A stretch of DNA of 64,000 nucleotides. It comes from an uncultured Oleiphilaceae bacterium. GTDB lineage: Bacteria > Pseudomonadota > Gammaproteobacteria > Pseudomonadales > Oleiphilaceae. The notes beneath the pieces are model-generated. The model had not been told where the DNA came from. It saw only the letters and a program-made list of their open reading frames with translations, and made no database searches. Location: contig CAJXUY010000018.1 in the NCBI GenBank assembly GCA_913060665.1, positions 43,839 through 107,838 of the forward strand. The letters run 5' to 3'. Positions 49,373 to 58,364 of this stretch are shown here, piece by piece (position 1 is the stretch's first letter; every line of letters begins with the position of its first letter). The translations under genes and the position numbers were made by a program.

Positions 49373-51118
49373 CTATGACGAACAACTGTAATGCGATACT
49401 CCGCCGATCTCAAATAGCTCAGGGGGTTTAAGCTGATAGTATTTTTCTTCAATACTTTTGGATTGCTCGGCGTATGGCTTTGTCATAACGTCTTGCAGCT
49501 CTCGAATAAGAGAATAATCGCCTGTGGCTGCTAGCTTATAAGCTGGCACAACAAACCACTCTCTCAAACTATACTTTGGGTTGACCCGTTTCATTCGGTT
49601 AGACAGTTCTTCGCGTGAATAGCCTTGAGCTGAAACGCTGGTCATACCTGTCAGCGACTGCCATTTTTTGAACCAGTCTGACCACCGTCTGTCTAGCGCT
49701 TCGGGGGCTGTTTGATTAGAACTGGGATAGAAGCTTTTTTTCAGTGGACGGATATCGTCAGGTACCATCGATAGCTCACGAAAGAATATCGTATAATCGA
49801 CCGGTGTTTCCACCATCAGTGCTTCTAGTTCACTGAAGAGCCCAGGGTTAAACGTACTAAGCCCAAGTTTTGCAGCCCACATTTCGTGCATTTTAGATTG
49901 CATCATGGATGAAAAACCATCATGAATCTCTTCGAGCTGCTGCTGACAGCCATGGTGGGAAGCAAGTAAAGGCAATAAGGCGGTACAAAACATGCGGAAG
50001 TTTTGTGCGGCTGCCGCAGCTTGATTCAAGAATGAGAAGTGATGTCCGCCACCGGTCCATGATTGGTAGTGTGGGTTGAATTCATCGCAGAAACCAAACG
50101 GACCATAATCGAGAGTGAATCCGCCGGCTGCGCAGTTGTCGCTATTGAAATTGCCCTGACAATAACCGACACGTATCCAGTTTGCCACCAGCGACGTAAG
50201 ACGACTGCGGAATTCGCGTGCGAGCAAGACTACCTTCTCGGCGGTTGTGAGTGTCGTGTCAATTACCTCACTGTACTCACGGTCGATTAAGTATATGACA
50301 ATCTTCTCAAGCTCCTCCATCGCGTTAAGGTGCTCCTGTTTGCGGGCGCGGCGGGCGAAGAGTTCTAATTGACCCACTCGAATGAATGAGGGGGCGACAC
50401 GTGTCGAGATGGCGACGGCTTCTGATATAAGCATGTCAGGGTCTTTTGAGTGCGAACCTTCGGAGTACCAAGGTCGCTTGACCTTCTCAGTCTTTGAAAC
50501 GTACAAACTCAAAGAGCGTGATGTCGGCACCCCCAGTGCGTGCATGTGCTCTTGTGCCAGGAACTCACGTATGCTCGAACGCAATACTGCGCGACCGTCT
50601 GCGCCGCGGCAATAGGGTGTCCGGCCAGCTCCTTTTAATTGCATTTCCCAGCGTCGATCTTTGATTAAGACCTCAAGCACCGAAATTGCGCGTCCGTCAC
50701 CATATCCGTTACCGGTTTGAAACGGACACTGCTGATAGTATTCTTTACCAAAGATGGATAGTGCGTATCCACTTGCCCAGCCTACCTTGTTGATCGGCTG
50801 TGGAACCTTCGAGGTGTCGCCCGAGAACATCCTGATGAAGTCGGCTGACTCTGCCATATTGTCGTCGAAGCCAAGTTCCTGAAAAAAACCTTTACTGTGG
50901 GCTACATACTCTGGGTCTTTGATTGGAGTAGGACTGACGGGAACATAGTGACCGCTGAAAACTTGTCGAGCGGCATGGTCGACTCCGTCTGCTTTTGCAT
51001 CAGGGTCACAGTTGAGGCTCTCAATAAACGAATAGTTAGTCAGTTTTGCGAGATCGTCGAGTGTGGTGACTGGGGTGGAGGTTTTATGAGTGAGTGGGTT
51101 TGTCATCAAGCGCCTCAT
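49373..51118 (-). CDS. selO: Protein adenylyltransferase SelO (long, divergent form)
   Basis: 581 aa. [47 protein letters not shown]...TLDYGPFGF and a C-terminal ...SCSS are SelO/YdiU hallmarks. There is an N-terminal extension, and the usual HGVMNTDN is replaced by QGNFNSDN. Confidence 0.85.
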   Translation of the reverse strand: MRRLMTNPLTHKTSTPVTTLDDLAKLTNYSFIESLNCDPDAKADGVDHAARQVFSGHYVPVSPTPIKDPEYVAHSKGFFQELGFDDNMAESADFIRMFSGDTSKVPQPINKVGWASGYALSIFGKEYYQQCPFQTGNGYGDGRAISVLEVLIKDRRWEMQLKGAGRTPYCRGADGRAVLRSSIREFLAQEHMHALGVPTSRSLSLYVSKTEKVKRPWYSEGSHSKDPDMLISEAVAISTRVAPSFIRVGQLELFARRARKQEHLNAMEELEKIVIYLIDREYSEVIDTTLTTAEKVVLLAREFRSRLTSLVANWIRVGYCQGNFNSDNCAAGGFTLDYGPFGFCDEFNPHYQSWTGGGHHFSFLNQAAAAAQNFRMFCTALLPLLASHHGCQQQLEEIHDGFSSMMQSKMHEMWAAKLGLSTFNPGLFSELEALMVETPVDYTIFFRELSMVPDDIRPLKKSFYPSSNQTAPEALDRRWSDWFKKWQSLTGMTSVSAQGYSREELSNRMKRVNPKYSLREWFVVPAYKLAATGDYSLIRELQDVMTKPYAEQSKSIEEKYYQLKPPELFEIGGVSHYSCSS

Positions 51119-51335
51119 TATGGGGGAAGGAAAGTGGTATTAGAGCACAATACTTGATCAACTCTATAATTTTCACAACGTTAACTCCAAAGACTGAACC
51201 GTAATAAATTAAGCTGAAGAAGTGTTCTTTTTATAGGTTTCAGGTAACCATAGCGTCAATAGAACCAACACTATGATAGTACCAAAATAGTTCTTAAACG
51301 ATAGTCTATCTAGGGTTTTACTGTGCACATGTGTT

Positions 51336-51683
51336 TTATCGTTCAAGAAAAACAAGCTTATAGAGACTCTTATCATGATCGAAATCGGATTTTTCGATCT
51401 CTACAACACCACCTTTATCTTGCAATACTGTGTTGGTGGGGTTGTTGTAGAGTTGTTTGCGAAACTGTAGGTAGTCAGAGCGATAACGAGAGGGAGTCTG
51501 CTGGTGCTGTTTTTCGACGTAGTTGCAGGTCAGTTCAAATAGAGCAGGTAATGTAAACAGCAAGCGGTTGTTGAGTATTTGAAGGTCGCCTTCGAACGCG
51601 TTTATCTCTTCCAGTAGTTCCGGTACTTGTTGCAGAAACCCTATAAACACGTCATCGACTAAAAAACCATATAGTTCGTTCAT
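51336..51683 (-). CDS. Hypothetical protein
   Basis: 115-aa ORF, 12 bp downstream of the DUF3301 gene on the same strand. No motif recognised. Confidence 0.5.
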   Translation of the reverse strand: MNELYGFLVDDVFIGFLQQVPELLEEINAFEGDLQILNNRLLFTLPALFELTCNYVEKQHQQTPSRYRSDYLQFRKQLYNNPTNTVLQDKGGVVEIEKSDFDHDKSLYKLVFLER

Positions 51684-51695
51684 ACTGGCGCGAGG

Positions 51696-52013
51696 CTAAT
51701 GTAAACGATGGGTTTCAAGTTGTACGGACTCTGTTTTATTACCCAGCAAGATAACCTTGCCTTTGTAGCGGTCATCACCGGTGCTGGAGAATTCAAACAT
51801 ATATGAACGCCAGAGCTTCATCTGGCCATGACTGTTGCGCTTAAACCAGAAGCCTCTGAGTACGACGCTTTCGTCAAGTAACTCCACATCTACTTCTTCG
51901 CAATAGTCTTTGACCGCTTTTAAGGCAACGTCTTTAATTTCTCTGGCACTAAGCCAGTACCAGCCGCCAAGTACAAGGAGTGATAGCCAGAATAGATCAC
52001 TGAGTTCTATCAT
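51696..52013 (-). CDS. DUF3301 domain-containing protein
   Basis: An N-terminal TM helix (LFWLSLLVLGGWYWLS) followed by AREIKDVALKAVKDYCEE...LDESVVLRGFWFKRN fits the DUF3301 pattern. Confidence 0.65.
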   Translation of the reverse strand: MIELSDLFWLSLLVLGGWYWLSAREIKDVALKAVKDYCEEVDVELLDESVVLRGFWFKRNSHGQMKLWRSYMFEFSSTGDDRYKGKVILLGNKTESVQLETHRLH

Positions 52014-52033
52014 TGGTTTGAAGATCCTTTATG

Positions 52034-52576
52034 TTAGGCTGTTTTCCAGTGTTCAGGCACTAGATGTAAGTTTTGATTGCCATCAGCGATCCAGAGCTCA
52101 CCGTCTTGAATCGTCACTTGAAGTTCCATGTTGCGTTCTGCCAAGGCGGCTAAAGGCTCAACAAATGTTTCTGGAATTAATACTACCGAGAGGTTCTTAA
52201 AGCGTTGTAGTTCGGCTTGTGACTGTATCCACCACTGTTCAGCAGAACGATTGCTATAGCAGTAAATGGTGACTTGTTTTGCGCGTCCACAGGCTTTTCG
52301 AATGCGTTTTTCATCTGGGTTACCTAACTCAATCCAATGCTCAATGGTGCCTGCCAGGTCTACATCCCAAAGATCCGGCTCTTCATCTGAGCTAATGCCC
52401 TTAGTAAAGCTTAGCTGCTTACTGGCATTAAGTGCGAATGCCACCAACCTTACCATCATTCTTGCGTCATTTTCAGAGGGGTGGCGGGCAATAGTGAGTT
52501 CGTGAGGCTGGTAGTAATGCCGGTCCATATCGGAAATTTGAACGCTGGCTTTAAATATAGTGGCTTTAAGTGCCAT
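52034..52576 (-). CDS. yaeQ: YaeQ family protein
   Basis: MALKATIFKASVQISDMDRHYYQPHELTIARHPSENDARMMVRLVAFAL is the characteristic YaeQ N-terminus. 180 aa. Confidence 0.85.
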   Translation of the reverse strand: MALKATIFKASVQISDMDRHYYQPHELTIARHPSENDARMMVRLVAFALNASKQLSFTKGISSDEEPDLWDVDLAGTIEHWIELGNPDEKRIRKACGRAKQVTIYCYSNRSAEQWWIQSQAELQRFKNLSVVLIPETFVEPLAALAERNMELQVTIQDGELWIADGNQNLHLVPEHWKTA

Positions 52577-52639
52577 ATAATAATGTTCTCTTGTAAGGGC
52601 TCTTGGTATAGCTGCTCTTAGTATAAGTGCTCTTGGGAT

Positions 52640-52935
52640 TTAACCAGAGAAGCTTTGTGAAGAGCAACTGATTTCCAGTTTTTGTCCCCATTCTGGAGGT
52701 TGGTCTGCGTACTTTTGGTAGTTGGGGTACTCATCAAAAGGTGAGGATAACAACATGGCGACTGCTCGTTGCTGGTCGTCATCATTCGGGCGTTTTTCAG
52801 TGGTCGTAGTGTGACGTGGGCATAAAAAGAGTCTCCGAGTTCACTAAAGCGGTTTTCAAAGTTGAGTGCGTGTAGTTGATTAAACGTGGTACTCAACCTG
52901 AAGTGCTCCGAAATAGATATTAGCTGGCCGGCCAA
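52640..52935 (-). pseudogene. Internally deleted relic of a canonical selO/ydiU gene
   Basis: The track ORF (52618-52935) encodes LHALNFENRFSELGDSFYAHVTLRPLKNARMM, a canonical SelO N-terminus. A different frame of the same stretch reads PFDEYPNYQKYADQPPEWGQKLEISCSS, a canonical SelO C-terminus, then QSFSG-stop at 52640. The roughly 400 codons between them are absent. Confidence 0.7.
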
Positions 52936-53216
52936 GCGGTAAAACCGCCATCTAGGCTGTAACTTTCTGCAAAACCTTGTTGATTAAAATAGTCAGCGGC
53001 GCCTTGACTTGAGTTACCGTGATAGCAACAAACGACCAAGGGTAGGTTACGATCAGCGTCTGCCAAGAACTGTTCGACGTTATGGTTGCCTATGTGCAGC
53101 GCACCTTCTATATGTCCCGCTAAAAAAGATGCTTGATCACGAATATCGATAAGCGTGATCGGTTGCTCAGTAAGTAACGTTTGAAGCGTGGCAACAGACA
53201 TGTGTTTAAATGACAT
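52920..53216 (-). CDS. glpE: Rhodanese-domain sulfurtransferase (GlpE-like)
   Basis: 98 aa with the active-site loop CYHGNSS. Confidence 0.8.
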   Translation of the reverse strand: MSFKHMSVATLQTLLTEQPITLIDIRDQASFLAGHIEGALHIGNHNVEQFLADADRNLPLVVCCYHGNSSQGAADYFNQQGFAESYSLDGGFTAWPAS

Positions 53217-53296
53217 AGCACCCTAATTCCTTAAGTCTTGATATACCTGATCATTATACTCAGGTATAGCTGAATCGCTAGCGCTTGATGTCTGAA

Positions 53297-54292
53297 CTAC
53301 CAGAGATAAGAAAAACTGAAGGTGCCGAACATAGTACTTTCATCTGACTCGTCAAACTCACGGGTGTTTTCTTGTATTGAGCCCGCAAACATCCAGTTTG
53401 AAAACCGGTAGCTACCGCCCATCACAAATTTAGCCTGAGCATTGACCAGGTAAACGCCATGACTATCTTTGAACGTGTTGCCTTCAATCGTAATATCGTT
53501 GAACACATAGTTAGCGTAGAGTGTGGTAAAAATATTCCAGTCGCCGGGTTGGCTCCCGGCTAGCGAGGGAAGTGTACGGCCTGGTATTAACCACGCCATG
53601 GGGAAGCTTGAATCGAGGCCGTTTCCGAAACGAAAACTAAGCCCACCACCTATATCGCTACTGAGGTTACCAGCGCGTATATTGGCGGCAGATAGCAGGT
53701 CATACTCGATTCCATTGTTGAATGTTGAATGATGCAGCCGCCAAAGTTGCTCATAGCTCGCCCTGATCACGATTTCATTACCAATTTGATGGTCCCATCC
53801 ACTGGGATCAGCCGTGCCTATCAGGTCATGAATATAGCGTTGAATGTACTCGGCGCCCGATACGGGGCCTACTGCACCTACTAAAAACTCATAGCGTGAA
53901 GAGGTAACAGAGTCAAACCGGTAGAGATTAACTGCGCCATAGAGAAGGCCCGCGTAGGGGCGATCATCTTCAATTAATTCTGCTGTGTCGATATCACTTG
54001 GGGTGAAAATAGCGTGGGCTAATTGATAACTGACGGCTTCTTGATAGCCCAGAATTTGTGGAAACGGAAGCCAGTCGATGAGCGATTGTTGCCATTGATC
54101 AGGCTTATCCGGTTCAAGTAAGTGGCCCCAGTTGATGGCAAACCCATTGGTATAACCGCCGTCGTCGTTGGCGATGGCATCGTTTTCCCACACCACAGCC
54201 CCATGAATCGGCTGACTAGCGGCCAAGCTAACAGGAGTTGTTAGAAGTAGGGCTAAGAGTAAATAACGACATGTCGATAAAAGGAAGGGCAT
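53297..54292 (-). CDS. Lipid A deacylase LpxR family (DUF2219) outer-membrane protein
   Basis: Signal peptide, WENDAIANDDGGYTNGFAINW near the N-terminus, a beta-barrel pattern, and a C-terminal ...FSFSYLW. Confidence 0.7.
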   Translation of the reverse strand: MPFLLSTCRYLLLALLLTTPVSLAASQPIHGAVVWENDAIANDDGGYTNGFAINWGHLLEPDKPDQWQQSLIDWLPFPQILGYQEAVSYQLAHAIFTPSDIDTAELIEDDRPYAGLLYGAVNLYRFDSVTSSRYEFLVGAVGPVSGAEYIQRYIHDLIGTADPSGWDHQIGNEIVIRASYEQLWRLHHSTFNNGIEYDLLSAANIRAGNLSSDIGGGLSFRFGNGLDSSFPMAWLIPGRTLPSLAGSQPGDWNIFTTLYANYVFNDITIEGNTFKDSHGVYLVNAQAKFVMGGSYRFSNWMFAGSIQENTREFDESDESTMFGTFSFSYLW

Positions 54293-54333
54293 ACGGTTGA
54301 GTCTAGCAGTTAAGTATCGTTATTGTCGTCTAA

Positions 54334-55482
54334 TTAAAGTTTATTCTTAAACGGGAGGTAGCGGTTAGCGTCTTCTATATATTGGTCTATTTGATCGGTT
54401 TCTCGTTTAATAAAGTCTCTTATGGGTGCGTGAAAGTCTCTGTTTTTTATCCAATGTAATGAATAGGTTGGGGTCGGTTTAAAGCCGCGTTGAATCTTGT
54501 GCTCGCCCTGAGCTCCTGCATCAAAGCGTTTAAGTTGATGTTGAATACAGTAGTCGATGCCCTGATAGTAGCAGGTCTCAAAGTGGAGTTGTTTATATTC
54601 ATCCAAGCAGCCCCAATATCGACCATACAGCGTCTCACTATCTTTTAGAAAAAGAGCCCCGGCCACAAACTCACCTTCTTTTTCGGCCATTACAAGCAAC
54701 AGATTGTCAGGCATAGTCGCTCTGATCTTTTGGAAAAAAGATTGATTGAGATAACCTTGTTGCCCCCGCTTCAGATAGGTCGCGTGATAAAAAATATAAA
54801 ATTTATCGAGCGCATCTTGAGTGATGTCTTTGCCTTCAAAGTGAATAAACTGAATGCATTGATCGCTGACCTGCCGTCGCTCTTTTTTGATATTTTTTCG
54901 CTTTCTAGAAGCCATTTGATCAAGAAACTCATTAAACGAGCTGTATTGCTGGTTAGACCATTGAAACTGACAACCTTTTCGAACCATCACCTGCTTATCG
55001 TTAAGTAGGTCTAAGCTAGCAGGGTTTGGAAAAAGCAGGTGCCAGGAGGATAAGTCTTTTTTTTCGGCATATGCCTTTATAGCCTCCAATACATAGCCCG
55101 AAGTATCTTTTAGTTGCTCTTGAGATGCAGCTAATAAACGGGGGCCAACCGACGGTGTAAATGGTATGGCAGATAATAATTTAGGGTAATAATCGTGGCC
55201 ATAATGGCTATAGGCATCAGCCCATGACCAATCAAACACATACTCACCATAAGAGTGTTGTTTAATATAGGAGGGGATGACGGCAATAAGTTGTCGCTCT
55301 GTATTTCGTGCAGTTAGGTGACTAGGCTGCCAGCCTGTTGAGTTAGAAACACTGCCTGATGTTTCTAACGCTGCGAGAAATTCATATTTCAGAAACGGGT
55401 TGCCGGTGATGTTTAGTGCATTCCATTCGTCAGGTTTTATATTTAAAAGAGATTGTTCAAACTGAAGGGTTAGCTCGGCCAT
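54334..55482 (-). CDS. GNAT/FemAB-like acyltransferase (DUF482 family)
   Basis: 382 aa. ...WNALNITGNPFLKYEFLAALETSGSV...GWQPSHL...YGEYVFDWSWADAY is typical of the family. Confidence 0.75.
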   Translation of the reverse strand: MAELTLQFEQSLLNIKPDEWNALNITGNPFLKYEFLAALETSGSVSNSTGWQPSHLTARNTERQLIAVIPSYIKQHSYGEYVFDWSWADAYSHYGHDYYPKLLSAIPFTPSVGPRLLAASQEQLKDTSGYVLEAIKAYAEKKDLSSWHLLFPNPASLDLLNDKQVMVRKGCQFQWSNQQYSSFNEFLDQMASRKRKNIKKERRQVSDQCIQFIHFEGKDITQDALDKFYIFYHATYLKRGQQGYLNQSFFQKIRATMPDNLLLVMAEKEGEFVAGALFLKDSETLYGRYWGCLDEYKQLHFETCYYQGIDYCIQHQLKRFDAGAQGEHKIQRGFKPTPTYSLHWIKNRDFHAPIRDFIKRETDQIDQYIEDANRYLPFKNKL

Positions 55483-55526
55483 TATCTGCTCATCGAGGGT
55501 GTATTGTGGCTTATCAAACGTGCGCG

Positions 55527-57716
55527 CTAGGTAAAATATTCAGTTATTTTACTGAGTAGCGCTTCTTTAGTAATGGGCTTGCATAAATAGCTTTCCATAC
55601 CGGCTTGTTTAGCGTTGGTTATATTTTCTTTTAATACATGGGCTGATACGCCTACGATGGGGGGGGCAGTATCCTTTTGAGTTTGTCTGATTCGGCGCGT
55701 TGTTTCAAGTCCGTCCATAACGGGCATCTGGACATCCATTAGTATCAGATCAAATTGATGATTTTGGCAGGCGATGATCGCATCTGCGCCGTTCTGAACC
55801 ATATAGATGTCAAGCCCGGTACTTTTTATCTGATCACCCATTGCTTTAAGGTTCGCAGCATTATCATCAACAATTAATATGCGTCCTGCTAGGTTGGTCT
55901 GGGGGGCAGGCTCCACATCAATGGGTGTGTCATAAATGCCCGCTAGTCGAGTTCGGGTAAGGGGTTTATTGAGCACACGTATATTAGTGGTAAGTTCTGC
56001 GGACAGTTGTTGACTAGGCCATGCCACCCAGACTAGCTGTTGGGCGTTACTATCTATAAGAGAGTCAATAATGCTTAGGTCAGAGATATCAATTGAGGCG
56101 TCTATCAATATTAGACTCGCGTCTTTGATGACAGTGGTCGCTTCATCAATTGTTGATACATGCTGACACTTTTGCGAGCGAGGCCTCAATTCATGTTCTA
56201 GCCACATCCACAGAGGAAAGGACTCTGTAAATACCAGAACGTTGGACTCCACCGGTAAGGGGGCCGGTTCGATATCTTTGCTGGAGCACGCGGGTGCTGA
56301 GACTCTGAATATAAATAAAGAACCGCTACTATCTGATGTTTTTAATTGTAGTTCGCCGCCCATTGCTCGGCAGACTTGTTGAGAGATAGGTAGACCTAGC
56401 CCTGTTCCTCCATAGCTTCGGGTCGAGGAGTTGTCGACCTGTTGAAAGGTTTCAAATACGCGTTTTTGAGCGTCTTCTGGAATTCCAATACCGCTATCTA
56501 TTACTATGCCGTGCAGTAACCCTTCTTGCCAGCGGAGGGAGACTTGAACGCCCCCTTTTTGAGTGAATTTAATTGCATTTGCGATTAAATTGGTCAGCAC
56601 CTGCCTTAGTCGAACGGGATCAACACTAATCTCAGCGGGAATCTCAGGGTCGAGCTGGAGAGTTAGGTCCAACCTTTTTTCGGTAATTTGAGATGAAAAC
56701 ATCTCAATCATATCATTGAAAAAACCTATAGACTCAACGGGCTCGGGTTTGGTGACAAGTCCACCGTTTTCAATAGCAGCTAAGTCGAGTATTTGGTTGA
56801 TGGTATCTAGTAGCACCTTCGCACTCTTGCTTCCTAGTTTCGCATACTCACGTTGTTCCGGTGATAGGTGGGTGTCTAGTAGAAGTTGATTCATCCCCAG
56901 AACCCCGTTTATCGGGGTGCGCAGCTCATGGCTCATATTAGCCAGAAACTGGCTCTTGATCTCGTTCGCGGTATTGGCTTTTTGAGTCGCCTCTTTAAGC
57001 TCTGCTTCAAGTTTCATGGCTTGATTGATATCGTCTTGCAGCTGGTTATTTAACCCCAACAGTTTACGATTCATTTCAGCGTATGTTTGTCGATAGGCAA
57101 ACACTAAAGGAATAGCGAGCAGAAATAACAGTAAGCAGATGCCGATAATTGACAGTACTTTGCGCATGAGCGACTGCTGAATAACGGTAATATCCATGTC
57201 AGCCGCTGCAACATAGGGTTGGCCACTGGGTGATTTAAGCGGGATGAGTATGGTGCGGAAAAGCCCCCAGCGATCACCGGCCGTGACATAGACAGGCTCG
57301 GTAGCGGCCATTGCGTCAAAGTATTCTACTGAACCTTCTGGGTAAGAGGTCCAGTAAGTGACTACCTGATCTTTTTTAACATCTTCTTCAGTGTAGTTAC
57401 ATGAGGTAAAGTGAATCATGCCTTCATGCATTACATAGCTGTAAATATAGGTTAAATTACCACTACTTGCGTGTCTCGACATTAACTCTAGGTTGTATAG
57501 GTCTTGTTCTTTGGAGATGGCATCTGGAGTGCGGGCGATATCATGAAAGTCAGCTGGCAAAATAGAAGGGACGTTACTAGCAGCAGCAAACAGGCGAGTA
57601 TCGATCTCTTCCATATAGCGCTGGCGCTCTAACCAATAACTAGCCGAGGCAATACTAACCACACCTAGAAAGTAGATCAGCATCGCGACCCCAAAGCGTC
57701 TGGCTCGAACTTTCAA
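55527..57716 (-). CDS. Hybrid sensor histidine kinase/response regulator
   Basis: TM helix, a Cache-like periplasmic region, a second TM helix, a coiled coil, HisKA (MSHELRTPING), HATPase (GTGLGLPIS), a degenerate receiver-like segment, and a C-terminal REC (ILIVDDNAANL...LILMDVQMPVMDG...CKPI). Confidence 0.9.
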   Translation of the reverse strand: MKVRARRFGVAMLIYFLGVVSIASASYWLERQRYMEEIDTRLFAAASNVPSILPADFHDIARTPDAISKEQDLYNLELMSRHASSGNLTYIYSYVMHEGMIHFTSCNYTEEDVKKDQVVTYWTSYPEGSVEYFDAMAATEPVYVTAGDRWGLFRTILIPLKSPSGQPYVAAADMDITVIQQSLMRKVLSIIGICLLLFLLAIPLVFAYRQTYAEMNRKLLGLNNQLQDDINQAMKLEAELKEATQKANTANEIKSQFLANMSHELRTPINGVLGMNQLLLDTHLSPEQREYAKLGSKSAKVLLDTINQILDLAAIENGGLVTKPEPVESIGFFNDMIEMFSSQITEKRLDLTLQLDPEIPAEISVDPVRLRQVLTNLIANAIKFTQKGGVQVSLRWQEGLLHGIVIDSGIGIPEDAQKRVFETFQQVDNSSTRSYGGTGLGLPISQQVCRAMGGELQLKTSDSSGSLFIFRVSAPACSSKDIEPAPLPVESNVLVFTESFPLWMWLEHELRPRSQKCQHVSTIDEATTVIKDASLILIDASIDISDLSIIDSLIDSNAQQLVWVAWPSQQLSAELTTNIRVLNKPLTRTRLAGIYDTPIDVEPAPQTNLAGRILIVDDNAANLKAMGDQIKSTGLDIYMVQNGADAIIACQNHQFDLILMDVQMPVMDGLETTRRIRQTQKDTAPPIVGVSAHVLKENITNAKQAGMESYLCKPITKEALLSKITEYFT

Positions 57717-57873
57717 GCGCCTACTACCTTCAATCTTTCATCCCCTTAGCTCGTATTACTCAAACGATAGCCTAGTGTCTATTAACTCAAAGAAAAACCC
57801 ACTATTAGAGCGGGTTTAACAAAGGTGCCATGATGTTAAGAATAAGATACTTGTTAGGATAGATCAAAGTCAA

Positions 57874-58257
57874 TTAGGGTAATTGAATACCTCCGCCACC
57901 CATACCACCCATTCCGCCACCTTGACCAGGCACAACAATCGAAGATGCCTGATTACGCTGCATTTCGCGAAGCTCCTCTAGTGTGCGTTCTAGGCAGGCT
58001 TGAGCCTCAGTACCAAACTTATCAAGGGCGTCGGCTAGTGACGTCGCTTCTATTTCAAAATTGAGTGGAAGTGCGCCTGCAGGTGTCATCATTTGAGCTT
58101 GGCCGACAAAAAGAACATCGCGGTTCGAGTCGACTTCACCTTCAACTGTTACGGGAGTCATTTTTCTCAATGTCCCAACCTTGTGGTCAGTGAACATCTC
58201 TTCACGGTAAAGGTTTTCGATATCTAGTTTAATGTCTGGTAGTTGGTCATTGCTCAT
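57874..58257 (-). CDS. Acidic conserved hypothetical protein with Gly/Met-rich C-terminal tail
   Basis: 127-aa ORF ending ...VVPGQGGGMGGMGGGGIQLP. Confidence 0.55.
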   Translation of the reverse strand: MSNDQLPDIKLDIENLYREEMFTDHKVGTLRKMTPVTVEGEVDSNRDVLFVGQAQMMTPAGALPLNFEIEATSLADALDKFGTEAQACLERTLEELREMQRNQASSIVVPGQGGGMGGMGGGGIQLP

Positions 58258-58310
58258 AATGGGCGTTTTCTCTTGACTGATCGAGTGGGGGTTTTGTCTG
58301 TTAGTTTAGC

Positions 58311-58334
58311 AAATGGGGGCGAAGGCCCCCATTT
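58311..58334. terminator. Rho-independent terminator downstream of rapA
   Basis: AAATGGGGGC-GAAG-GCCCCCATTT forms a perfect 10-bp stem with a GAAG tetraloop and A/T-flanked arms. Confidence 0.7.
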
Positions 58335-58364
58335 TCAACTAATGATTTGTCGTATGCGTGCAAG

